DNA from: Octopus vulgaris
Lineage: Eukaryota
Assembly (NCBI GenBank): GCA_951406725.2
Contig: OX597820.1
Coordinates: 57,288,001 to 57,352,000 of the forward strand
Length of the DNA stretch: 64,000 bases
Reading direction: 5' to 3'
The position numbers and the translations under genes are program-made. The notes beneath the pieces were generated by a model. The model was not told the origin of the DNA, made no database searches, and saw nothing but the letters and a program-made list of their open reading frames with translations. This document shows positions 42,379 through 54,235 of this stretch, one piece after another (position 1 is the stretch's first letter; every line of letters starts with the position of its first letter).

Positions 42379-44430
42379 TTATGGGATGCTTTCCACCACC
42401 CTTGGTTGATATTTTCCAGGTCAACACATTCGCTGCTCAGATGTCATAACTTGTGCATTGGCTCTCTTGGCTTAAAGGGAACATTGGTTTTAATCCAAGT
42501 ATTTTTGGCAAATCATATAACTGCTATATATACAAACACAAACACACACACTTACACACATACGTACATGCATACATACATGCATACATACATACATACA
42601 TACACTCATATATAGATACATATATACATGCATATACATTGCATGCAAACATGGATGCCTGCAATGTACATGAATGCGTATGTATTTATATTATGTATAT
42701 ATGCATGATGTAACACATATATATATGTATATGCATGCATACATACATACATACATACGTACATGCATACATATATATATATATACATACACATGTACAC
42801 ATACGTACATACATACATGAATACATACATATAAATGTACATACACACACACATATATACATGCATGCATATATAAGCATACATATATATGTACATACAC
42901 ATATACATACATACACACATACGTGCATGCATGCATACATATGCACATACGTATGTACGAACATACATACATGCATACATACATGCATACATATGTACAT
43001 GAACACATATGTGTGTATATTATGTATGTATGCATGATGTAACATATATATATGTATTTGCATATATACATACAAACGAAACCCCCAGCTTCTACATCTA
43101 GACTATGAATTCATAGTCATACCAATAATAATTTTGTTAGTAAATGCTTAAAGGAGAATCTGGATAAACTGGTATTTTCAAAAAAAGAAATCAACCGACT
43201 GATCCGTACAAGTGAAATCTGTGAGTGGAACAGTAAAAGCATGCAAGATTTTTCTCAAATTCCCAATGTGAATTTGTGTTAACTACATCCCAAAAACGGA
43301 GTCTTGTATCATCATTCATTTAGCGTCCGTTTTCCATGCTAGCATGGGTTTGGAAACTGGCTGCCTCCTCAGTGGAAGATTTATAATAATCAAAAAAGAG
43401 AAGAGGCATATACATACATACATACATCCATGCATACATGCATATATACATGCATACATACATACAGAATGATACATACATACAGAATGATACATACATA
43501 CATACATACATACATGCATATATACATTCATACACACACAAACACACACACACACACACATACATATTTGCAGAATATTGTAAACAGTCTTTCAATACCT
43601 ATAGGTATGCATGATGTAAGTATGCATGTATGTATGCATGATGTAACATATATATATATACATATACACACAAAAATATACATATATATGCATGCAGGTA
43701 TACATACATACATGCATACATACATTCATGCATACTCATATACATACATATGTACATGCATACATACATAGTTACATATATACACATGCATATTTGCATA
43801 ATATATTCATAAAATATTCTAAACAGACAGTTTGTCTATGCCTCTGTTTATTTTGGCATTAAATTCACTATCCTCTCTTTTATGTGCAAGGGTCTACAAC
43901 AGTAAGAGACATTAAGAAACTAAGAATTCCTTTGTAGATGATCAAAAGATCTGTATTATAAATATTTACATTGTTGAGAAACAATTGGATCGAGTAACAG
44001 AATTTTCTGCTGATATAGGGATGGAATTTGGCCAAAAGGAAAGTTCATAGTTGAGAAACTGCTTCCCAAACCCTAAACCTGTGGAACAATGCTCTCTCAT
44101 TCTAGCTATTCTGTTCCACAAAATGAGAATTTCATATACCTAAGTGTTGATGAAAATATGCTACACAAATATTCTGTGACAAGGAGAGAATCTAGACCAA
44201 AGAAAATTTACATCAGACTTTATAGGGTGTGACTGTGTGGTTATGAAGCTTGCTTCCCAACCATGTGGTCTTGGGTTCAGTCCAACTTCACAGCCGCTTT
44301 TATTATAGTTCTTGGCTGACCAAAGCTTTGTGAGTAGATTTGATAAATGGAAGTAGAAAGAAGCCCATACAGTGTGTGTGTGTGTGTGCATATATATATA
44401 TATGTGTGTGTGTGTTTCTTTTCTGTGTAT

Positions 44431-44466
44431 CTCTCTGTCGAAGAGCGTAAGCTCGAAACGTAAAAG
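44431..44466 (+). ncRNA. Minimal hammerhead-like motif, CUGUNGA variant. Sister copies: 4385-4420(+), 7808-7843(-), 18302-18337(-), 30352-30386(-)
   Basis: ctct-CTGTCGA-A-GAGC-gtaa-GCTC-GAAA-CG-TA-aaag. Confidence 0.55.
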
Positions 44467-45461
44467 ACTTGTTTTATTTATATTCCTGAGCGCCATACTT
44501 ATACAATTGTTTGTTTGTATTCCACCTGCCTTCGTCTTTTGTTTATTTTCATAAATCTTCCAGTTATATATATATATATTCATGACTCTATTTTTATCTA
44601 TCAGCCCTTTCACATTCTTTCATTTCACTCTTCGTTCTTTCGTTCCCCCTCTCTCACATTTCTTTGCCTTCTCTTCTTGCTCACTTCCCTCCACTTTTCA
44701 CTTCAGTGTCCCTGAAATTTTTTCTCGCCCCTCCTTAATTCTTCTACTTCTCTCTCTTCTCTTCCCACATGACCGGCGTTCGACCAAGACTGTTCTTTCT
44801 TTCTTGGTCTAACCGTTGTCCGTGCAACATCGATATTCCTCCCTGTGTTTGTGAAATCTTCATTTCATGTGTTTGTGAAAGCTTCATTTCCACACATGCC
44901 AGATTAATTTAATTCATCCTTAGTCGAAAGACAACTGTTCTTATGTCCTGTTATTACTTTTACTGTTATGTCCTGTTACTATATTTATTGTATTTGTGTA
45001 ACATAGTCTGTTTTTTTTCCATCCTTGTTTTTGTATACATTCACTGCTTTCTTCCAAGGAATCTAATGCTCTTAGCTTAGTTTTTCCTTGAGGCTGGCCA
45101 GATTGGAGCAATCTCAAGTATAATCAGCTGAAATTGCAAAGATAATCTGGTACTTGACTGAGAAAAGAAAACTTTGCATGACCCGTCCTTGTTTTCTTTG
45201 TATCATCTGTCTGGATGTTTTGTCCCATTTTTGTATCACCTAACTGCCTGATGTTTTGCGTTTTTGTCCCATTTTGTATTTTATATATATATACATATAT
45301 ATAAACAAAATTCAGTAGGGTATTAAAATACTACTTGCTATAAAGAGCTATCACTCTAACATCACAAGTTACTCATTATTAAAATACACACAGCAAATGC
45401 AACAAAAATAACAGAAATAGGCTTACCTAGCACGAACTACAGAAGTAAGAAACACATATTT

Positions 45462-45520
45462 TCTAGGACCAATTGATTTCACTTTTTGTATGTAAAACAT
45501 ACTTAAGCTCGTCAGCCAGA
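45462..45520 (-). ncRNA. Type I hammerhead ribozyme, canonical core
   Basis: Minus strand: tctgg-CTGACGA-GCTT..GTATGT/ACATAC..AAGT-GAAA-TCAATTGG-TC-ctaga. Confidence 0.75.
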
Positions 45521-47268
45521 CAACAACTATTTCTGAAATATTCATCACAGGAGTGGCTGTGTGGTAAGTAGCTTGCTTACCAACCACACAGTTCTGGGCT
45601 CATTCCCACTGCATGGCACCTTGGGCATGTGTCTTCTACTATAGCCTCAGGCCGACCAAAGCCTTGTGAGTGGATTTGGTAGACGGAAACTGAAAGAAGC
45701 CCCGGTGCCCCAGCATGGCCACAGCTCATGAGCTGAAACTGGAATCAATCATATATATATGCGTGTGTATATGTTTGTGTGTCTGTGTCTGTCCCCCCCA
45801 ACATCGCGTGACGACCGATGGTGGTGCCTTTACGTCCCCGTAAGTTAGTTCGGCAAAAGAGACTGATAGAATAAGTACTAGGCTTACAAAGATTAAGTCC
45901 TGGGGTTGATTTGCTTGACTAAAGGCGGTGCTCCAGCATGGCCGCAGTCAAATGACTGAAACAAGTAAAAGAGTTATGTTCTTACATTTGAATGCCCCCG
46001 CAACATTCAAAATGACCATATTGTGAGCCAGTAAAAGTTACAGTTAAATAGGTATCATTACCATTAATAATAATAATAATGATAATAATAAAGTGGCTAG
46101 CAAGTTTGCACCTTTATAGGTAGAATATATATAAATATATACACACACAATGGGCTTCCTTCAATTTGAGAATCACTGCTATTTGATCAAAGCCACAATC
46201 TTACAATCACGAGTTGAATATCTTAATCACTAAGCCATGTACTTCAACACTTAATACTCTTTTAAAATCCCTTATAACTAGAACATCCAAGGATCTCTGA
46301 ATAATAAGTAGCTTAACTCAGTTTCCATGGTGTGTAGGTGACTGAAATTACACTACCCCACCCCACTGGATGGGATGCCAGTCCATTGCAACGTTAACTT
46401 CCCTGCTATCACTGGAATACATTTACAGCTGAGTGGACTTGAACAATGTGAAATGAAGTGTTTTGCTCAAAAACCCATCTCACCAGCTGGTCCTAGGAAT
46501 TGAAAACATGATCTTAGGATCATGAGTACAACACCCTGAGTAATCACTCGGTCTCCTGCTTTCACATTATGTAGCTACTGAAAACAAACTGGGATTAAAA
46601 TTTAATGATAATTTATTGAATGAGCTCTTACTTTGTCTGTCCTTACTTTCTAGCCTTCTGACACTTAAACAATTTCTATGGCCTTCTACATCCATAAATC
46701 TCTAATGTTATGTGGCTACAGTCAAAATGTTGGACTGATAAAAACATAAATTTAAATAATTAATGAATTCTTATTCTACCTCCTCCCATCTCCTATTTGT
46801 AAACCTGTTAACACTCGTCCATAAATGTCTGTTGTTATTAACATCATTTAAGGCGGCAAGCTGGTAGAATTGTCAGCAGGCCAGGTGAAATGCTTAGCGG
46901 CATTTTGTATGTCTATACATTCTGAATTTAAATGACATCAAGCCTTTCATCCTGGTAAGGTCAATAAAATAAGAACCATTTAAGCACTGGAGTTGATGAA
47001 ATCAATTTATCCTTCCCTTGAACATGATTGCCTTGTACCTAAATTTTAAAACATTATTAACATTTATTTCCATTTATATATTTGTTTTGCAAGATTTTTG
47101 ATGTGAAATCGTGTGTTGAAACAGATATTGTTATATTTAGGAATGGTCATTTTTGCCAGTTTAGCCAATAGTAACACACGCACTATATATTTGGTGTTAC
47201 TTTGCTTCAGTGTTATTTATTTTTTACATTAATCTTAATCTTATTTCGGCCAGAAAGAAGAAAGCAAA

Positions 47269-47313
47269 GGACCACTGATGCAGTCACAGGAGTGTGACGA
47301 AAGAACTCTGGCC
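47269..47313 (+). ncRNA. Hammerhead-like motif in the loop of a foldback element
   Basis: cca-CTGATGC-A-GTCAC-aggagt-GTGAC-GAAA-GAAC-TC-tgg. Confidence 0.6.
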
Positions 47314-47496
47314 AAATTAAGATTAAGATTAATGTAAAAAATAAATAACGCTGAAGCAAAGTAGCACCAAATATATAGTGCATGTATTTTTATTGGCTAA
47401 ACTGGCAAAATGACTATTCCTAAATACAACAATAACATTTATTTATTTTCTTATTTATTCATATATCTATTTATTTATTTTTCTCGTATCAAACAG

Positions 47497-47808
47497 GGAC
47501 AATGATCAGTTTTGCAGCATTCCGATTCGCAGGAGTGACTCTAACAAAACATTGGAATGCCACTACACGCATGATATTCGAATGCCTATGTGTCGTATTT
47601 ATTTGGATTGCAATGGTACCGGCACACTGGAGACACGACCTTTGGTATACACCTTTCGGCTTGATTCTGATTCTCCTTGGCTTCGGCAGTTTCTATGGTC
47701 TCATCTTCCAGCGAACTTTCTGTCGCTGCAATATCACAGTGTGCAACCGGAGAGGAAATGATGAGTTACTGATACCAGTTGACCAAGACGGAAATGGTTG
47801 CATTCAAG
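47497..47808 (+). CDS. SLC35F6: SLC35F6-like exon D (312 nt if spliced at CAAG|GTGAGA; otherwise reads to TAA ending at 47831)
   Basis: Acceptor tatcaaacAG. Encodes (G)TMISFAAFRFAGVTLTKHWNATTRMIFECLCVVFIW..., matching the family motif FAG.SVTK..SATTRM.LD. Confidence 0.9.
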
Positions 47809-48504
47809 GTGAGATATTTATTTATTTTTAATTTATGCACCCTTTTCAAGCCTAGCCAGGCTCATGGGCCCAATCTCCCTGTTTCTGTGGCATATGTGTT
47901 CCCCCCAGCTGGACGGGATGCCAGTCCATCGCAGCCTTACTCAAGAAACAGGAAGAGAGAGTGAGAGAAAGTTGTGGCGAAAGAGTACAACAGGGGTTGC
48001 CACCACATCTCTGCCAGAGCCTTATGGAGCTTTAGGTGTTTTCACTCAATAAACACACACAACGCCCAGTCTGGGAATCGAAACCGCGATCCTCCAGCCA
48101 CGAGTCCGCTGCCATAAACACTGGGCCATTGCGCCTCCATGAGGTGTTTTAAGGTTATTTATTTTTTAATATTTTTCGGATTGGAGTGTATTTTAGTCTA
48201 TATGATCGTGTGATGAGGATTTTTCAACAATGTCTGTGAAACTTAATTTAAGTATAGCATTATTAACAATATGAATCTATGCATGGTTATATGGTTAAAA
48301 AGTTTAATTTGAACTTTGTGGTTCCTGTTTAAATTTCCTTATGCAGCATTGAACAAGTGTTTTTTCCTACAAACACATATCCACCAAAGCCATATAGACG
48401 AAATTTGATGGCAGAGAATTGTACAGAAGCTACTATGCACACACACACACACACGTGTGCATTATATATATATGTATATATGTTTATATACATATATATA
48501 TATA

Positions 48505-48832
48505 TATCATCATCATCATCATCGTTTAATGTCTGCTTTCCATGCTGGCATGGGTTGGATGATTTGACCAAAGACTGGCAAGCCAGATGGCTGCACTTCT
48601 AGTTTTTCTCCCTGGAATGTGGCAGAAGTGGTTCTCTGCACATTTTCAGTGTTTATTGCTCCTGAGCATCTGCCACATGCAAAAACTATCTTCCCAGTTA
48701 GCCTTCCTTTGATATTGCTGTACCTCTTATGTTCCATAGCTTACACTGGGTACATCTTATAGAGTTTCTACCTATGCCTTTTCTACAGATCGAGCAGGGC
48801 CATCTACCTGAAGGGATTTGTGGTTTGCCTGC
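48505..48832 (-). mobile_element. RTE LINE fragments (Cys-rich RT-adjacent segment fused to a 3' tail)
   Basis: HKRYSNIKGRLTGKIVFACGRCSG...EKLEV joined to the same UTR/(GAT)n tail. Confidence 0.65.
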
Positions 48833-49166
48833 CTATATATCATATATATCCTTTTATGCTTTTTGTCGAACAATTCAAGTTTAGGACTTATTCTTTGTAA
48901 GCCTGGTGCTTATTCTATGGGTCTCTTTTGCTGAATGATAAGTTTTGGAGATGTAAACACACACACATCGGTTGTGAAGTGATGGTGGGGGGAACAACAC
49001 AGTCACAAATACATACACACACACACATATATATACATATACATATATCACCGTGATCACCATAACCGACCAGGCTATCAGATGTTGCTACACATCACTG
49101 GTCACAATGCGCTTCACATTGTTTTAGCCTTCAAATCATACTACCCCGCTGGCTAATTGGGCAGGT

Positions 49167-49263
<97 letters not shown>

Positions 49264-49301
49264 CACAACAGGTTTCTTTCTGTTTCCATTTACCAAATCC
49301 A

Positions 49302-49335
<34 letters not shown>

Positions 49336-49460
49336 TATGTATGTCACAGAAGTGATGAAAGGTGCTGAGTAGCACTGCTTATGCTAAAATAAGAGTTAAA
49401 TTAACCCTAAAACCACTATACTCAATGACTGACAAAGGGAGGTAAGTCCCTAGTGTATAT

Positions 49461-49515
49461 AGCTGTACATGATTTCGAATTTTAGCATAGAACACCTTAA
49501 TTCTCATCAACAGCT
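49461..49515 (-). ncRNA. Hammerhead-like motif, U3 variant (left arm of palindrome)
   Basis: Minus strand: agctg-TTGATGA-GAATT...AATTC-GAAA-TCATG-TA-cagct. Confidence 0.65.
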
Positions 49516-49555
49516 CTTAATGCCTAGGGTTAAACTCAACTTCCTAGGTGTTAAG

Positions 49556-49611
49556 AGCCGTTGATGAGAATTAAGGTGGTCTACACCAAAATTTGAAATC
49601 ACGATACAGCT
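49556..49611 (+). ncRNA. Hammerhead-like motif, U3 variant (right arm of palindrome)
   Basis: agccg-TTGATGA-GAATT-aa-GGTG..CACC-aa-AATTT-GAAA-TCACGA-TA-cagct. Confidence 0.65.
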
Positions 49612-50562
49612 ATGTATGCTAGGGACCTACCTCCCTTTGTCAGTCATTAAGTATAGTGCTTTTGTGGCTTTAGAGTTAATTTAACTCTCATTTCAGCATA
49701 AGTGGTGCTAGTCAGCACCCTCCGTCACTTTTGTGATCCCTGTTGATTTTGCCTTTAGGTTCTAATTGCTAATAAGCCACCCTTTTAATTTGTTGTGTGT
49801 GTGTGTATGTGTGTGTGTATATCTCCCACCACCAATTGACAATTGGTGTTGGTGCGTTTATGTCCCCATAACTCAGCAATTTGGCAAAAAGGGCTGATAG
49901 AATAAGTACTAGCCTTTTAAAAAAATATATAAGTCCTGGGGTCGATTTGTTCGACTAAAACCCTTCAAGGAGGTGCCCCAGCATGGCTGCAGTCAAATGA
50001 CTGAAACAAGTAAAAGATAATGATTGTACTAGCTTGCTGCCTTCTTTCTAATTTTGGTACAAGGCCAATAATTTTGAGGGGAGGTGCAATTTGATTGCAT
50101 AGACTCTAGTATTTGACTGGTACTTGATTTTATCAACGTCTAAAGTATGAATGGTAAAGTTGACCACACCAGAATTTGAACTTCGAATCTAATGAACCAG
50201 AAGAAATGCTACTTAGTATTTCCTCTGCTGTGCTAATGGTTCTGCCAACTCGCTGCCTTAGGCCAGATTAATACAAAGAAATTAGAACTCAGTGAGGTAT
50301 CTCATAAAAGCTCCTTGGGATTTAGAAGACATTTACTTTTAATTTATTTTTCTACTTTGAGCTCAAGTTGATATATTTTGTCATTTATATTTAATTTAGA
50401 TTTAATCATCTATATTTCTTCAATATTTAATCATTTTTAGTTCATTTATTTTCATACTATACTTAATTATCTATATTTAATCTCTGTTAAATATACATAT
50501 ATCTTTTTTTTCGATAATAACCTGTATTTAATCTAGCTCTGTTGATATATTTACTCCTCCAG

Positions 50563-50582
50563 GCAGTGAATATATTGTTTAA
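50563..50582 (+). CDS. Candidate terminal coding exon (G)SEYIV* of the SLC35F6-like gene
   Basis: Acceptor tttactcctccAG. Phase-1 join with exon D gives G|GC AGT GAA TAT ATT GTT TAA, followed by AT-rich non-repeat sequence. No homology support. Confidence 0.35.
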
Positions 50583-50904
50583 AGAAATGTATTCAGATAT
50601 TAGCAATTTATTCAAAATATATTGTGAAATTTGTGAAAGTGAGGTTTGAAATGTGGTTGAATTTATACTCTGCTTGATAAATTGGGGAATGACAGACCTC
50701 TTGTTTAAATGCTTTCAATAATTTAGTTCCATTTCTCTATATTCTTAATCTGAATCATGCTAAAAGCCTGCTTTTCCTGTAATCACATCAGTATTCATAT
50801 AATGATTAACTTTCAGCATATACAGATATCAATTTAATTAACTATACCCTCCTTTTCAAATATGTAACCTTAAGGCGTTCATTTAAAATATTAATATACT
50901 GGCA

Positions 50905-51290
50905 CATGCAAGGTGCATTCCAGAAGTTTTGAGACATTCTCAGGTGAGACATTTATTAATTTCAAAGAAGTACAAAATTTTAATCTCCTTCAACCCTTTA
51001 CCTTCAATGCACTTGCTATGAAACTTTGGCCTCTTCATGAAGGCCCAATGAAAGTCCTCGAAAACGAAGGTGTCCAAGACCCTTACCACAGCCTCCATCA
51101 TCTCCTTCACCTTGAGGAACAATAAAAAATTACAAGGAGCATGGTCTGGACTGTAGGTAGGGATGATGGACAGTTTCAATGCCTATCCTTATCAAGCAGT
51201 TGGCGACCAGGACGGAACTCCGGATTGGTGCATTGTCCTGGTGCAGGTTCTCTGGCCTTTTGTAATGGAATCTCTTTCTGAATTCCCTCC
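50905..51290 (-). mobile_element. Mariner transposase C-terminal remnant
   Basis: Frameshifted pieces LHQDNAP and YSPDHAPCNFLLF (the mariner YSPDLAPxDF motif), followed by KCIE.KG. Confidence 0.8.
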
Positions 51291-52904
51291 AAACATCCAT
51301 AAAGTACTCTTTGTTGCTATTAATGATTTGTAGGGACACTCTATTTCATTATGCAACCACAATATACTACCAAGTATATCAAATGCTTTTATAAGTTAAT
51401 ACTGTGTTCTACTGTGCTAGCAGTGCTATTAAATCAATTTACTCTTTTACTCTTACTTGTTTCAATCATTTGACTGTGGTCATGCTGGAGCACTGCCTTT
51501 AGTTGAGCAAATCGACCCCAGGACTTATTCTCTGTAAGCCTAGTGCTTATTCTATCGGTCTCTTTTGTCGAACTGCTAAGTTACGGGGATGTAAACATAC
51601 CAGCGTCGGTTGTCACGCGATGGGGACAAACACAGACACACTCACACACACACACACACACACACACATACATATATATGACGGGTTTCTTTCAGTTTCC
51701 GTCTACCAAATCCACTCACAAGGTTTTGGTTGGCTCAAGGCTATAGTAGAAGACACTTGCCCAAGGTGCCACGCAGTGGTACTGAACCTGGAACCTTGTA
51801 GTTGGCAAGCAAGCTACTTACCACACAGCCACTCTTACGCCTAATTGTTAAGTTTATCTCTACAGTTTCTTTGTTGACTGTCTGGCCAGAGGGAAACCAG
51901 TGAATTTAAATGATGCCATTGGTGTCAAAAAAGAGGATCATCATGTACTGCCCAGTGGACTTACTTTACTTGACCTCTTGTACCAGTGAAAAAAAGATGC
52001 CTGGCTCACGCAAATGCAACCATAAGCAGTCTAGAGCTTTTCATAAATTTCAGTAGCGGTTTTTTTTTCCAGTTTAACACAAAACTTTATTGCATAGAGA
52101 GCTTCCAAATTCAGTTGTGAGAAGCAGTGTTTTGTAGGGTGTGTCCAAAGTACTTTTTACAGCTGTCTCCTTCAACTTGGAATGAAAAAAGTTGACAGGT
52201 CAGCTTATTAAATGTATAGTAATGAGCGATTATATATATTTTATAATGTATTGTCATTAATATCAGGAAATCAATATTAGAAAATTCTTCAGAAAGATAT
52301 ATACATTATATATTTATATACATTATATTTATGTATATTATATATTTATATACATTATATTTATGTATATTATATATTTATATACATAATAAATTTATAC
52401 TTATGCATATTTACATATATTTATATATATTTATTTATATTTTTAATACAACAATCATTTTAAACATGCGATTATATATATTTTATAATATATTATTATT
52501 AATATCAGGAAATCAATATTAGAAAATTCTTCAGAAAGATATATACATTATATATTTATATACATTATATTTATATATACTATATATTTATATACATTAT
52601 ATATTTATACTTATATATTTACATGTATATTTATATTTATTATTTATAATTTTAATACAACAATCATATTAAACATGTATATATATATATATATAAATAT
52701 ATATATATATCTTTCTGAAGAATTTTCTAATATTGATTTCCTGATATTAATAATAATATATTATAAAATATATATAATCGCTCATATTAAATACATAAGT
52801 ACTTTAATAGTATTAATACTTTGATACAATAGAGCACTCAATATAAATTCAGTACATAATATTCTCATTGAGTATATTGAACTAAAGATTTATGTATAGT
52901 AATG

Positions 52905-53612
52905 ATATGACTGTGCTGGTATGGTTATGTGAAGCATATGGACGTGAACAGCTGTGTAAAGAAGTGCCAGTCTCTAACCTTGGAGGAAACCTGTGGTAGA
53001 GGTAGACTCAGGAAGACATGGGACGGGGTGGTGAAGCATGATCATCGAACTTTGAACCTCAGAGGCAATGACTAGTGACCGAGATTTTTGACAATGTGCT
53101 CTGCTGAAGAAGACCCATCAAGTGCATCATCAAGCCAAGTGCACCCATACACCATCAAGTGCACTATCAAGCCAAGTGCATGTAAAAAATTAGCCTTTGA
53201 GCATTGAGCCTGATGAAGGAAAAGTGGCTGAATTCCTGTCAAGCATTGGACCTGACGGTGGCAAAATGGCTGAGTTCCTTTCAAATGTTGGGCCTCATGG
53301 AGGCAAAGTGGGTGAGCTTCTTTCAAGCATTGGGCCTCATGTAGGTAATGACCAAGACCTTTGTCTTTATGTCGTGCTTGAGAAGAAGACTCATCAAGTC
53401 GAGCAAAAGCACTGTCCTGGCAGATACTGGTGTCATGCAAATGGCACCTGTGCTGGTGGCAAGTAAAAGCACCCATTACACCCTCGGAGTGGTTGGTGTT
53501 AGGAAGAGCATCCAGCTGTAGAAAACCATGCCAAATCAGACTGGAGCAGTCTTCCAGTATGCCAGCCCAGTCAAACTCTCCAACCCGTGTCAACATGGAC
53601 AATGGACATTAA

Positions 53613-53645
<33 letters not shown>

Positions 53646-53650
53646 GTGAT
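52905..53650 (+). mobile_element. RTE LINE 3' end with 3' UTR and (GAT)n tail
   Basis: Decayed WYG.V...CGRGRLRKTW, internal repeats of about 50 bp, shared UTR block, (GAT)n tail. Confidence 0.8.
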
Positions 53651-53970
53651 AAAAAAATTACAATGATCTAGAATTTGAAACCATTATTAATGAAGAACAT
53701 TAATATTAAGTGTAATAATGTTCAATTTGTTACAATGTGGTCTTGACTTTTATTTTGCTGTGTATCATTGTGTGTGTATGTGTGTGTTTGCGTGCATGTG
53801 TGTTTGATTATATATTGTACAGTGGGAAGAGGGTTAAAAGTTTGTTTTCTGACTACAGGTTATAGATTCAGTCCCATTGCATAGCACCTTGCACATTTTT
53901 ATTTCACTATATCTCCAAGCCAACCAAAGTCTTGTGAGTGGACCTGGTAGAAGAAAATTGAAAGAAGCCC

Positions 53971-54013
<43 letters not shown>

Positions 54014-54158
54014 GTATGTGCACGTGTGTGTGTGAGTATGTATAACGATATTTTGAAATCATTTAATACATATGTTTCAGATGTGTATAGTATATAATAG
54101 GAAATGCATCCGTTACATAAACCTTCCTCGGTTAAGGAATTTCAGATGTATGCATATA

Positions 54159-54235
54159 CAGTAATCCCTCAACTATCATTGGTGTTACATTCCCAAACCC
54201 TCTGCAATAGTAGAAACAGTATTGTACTGTGTATC
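54159..54235. mobile_element. pogo/Tigger-like terminal fragment
   Basis: TA|CAGTAATCCCTC terminus; the partner TIR was not found. Confidence 0.4.

Noticed and set aside
45040-45290. (TA)n-associated family (also 5495-5645, 8830-9003; similar layout at 16420-16540) with hairpin-GAAATTGCAA...CTGAG-A
   Set aside because: There is no CUGANGA core before stem II and no stem I, so it cannot be folded as a hammerhead.
54080-54100. Alternative terminal exon acceptors here and at about 60339
   Set aside because: Only a tttcAG and a short open frame, with no supporting homology.
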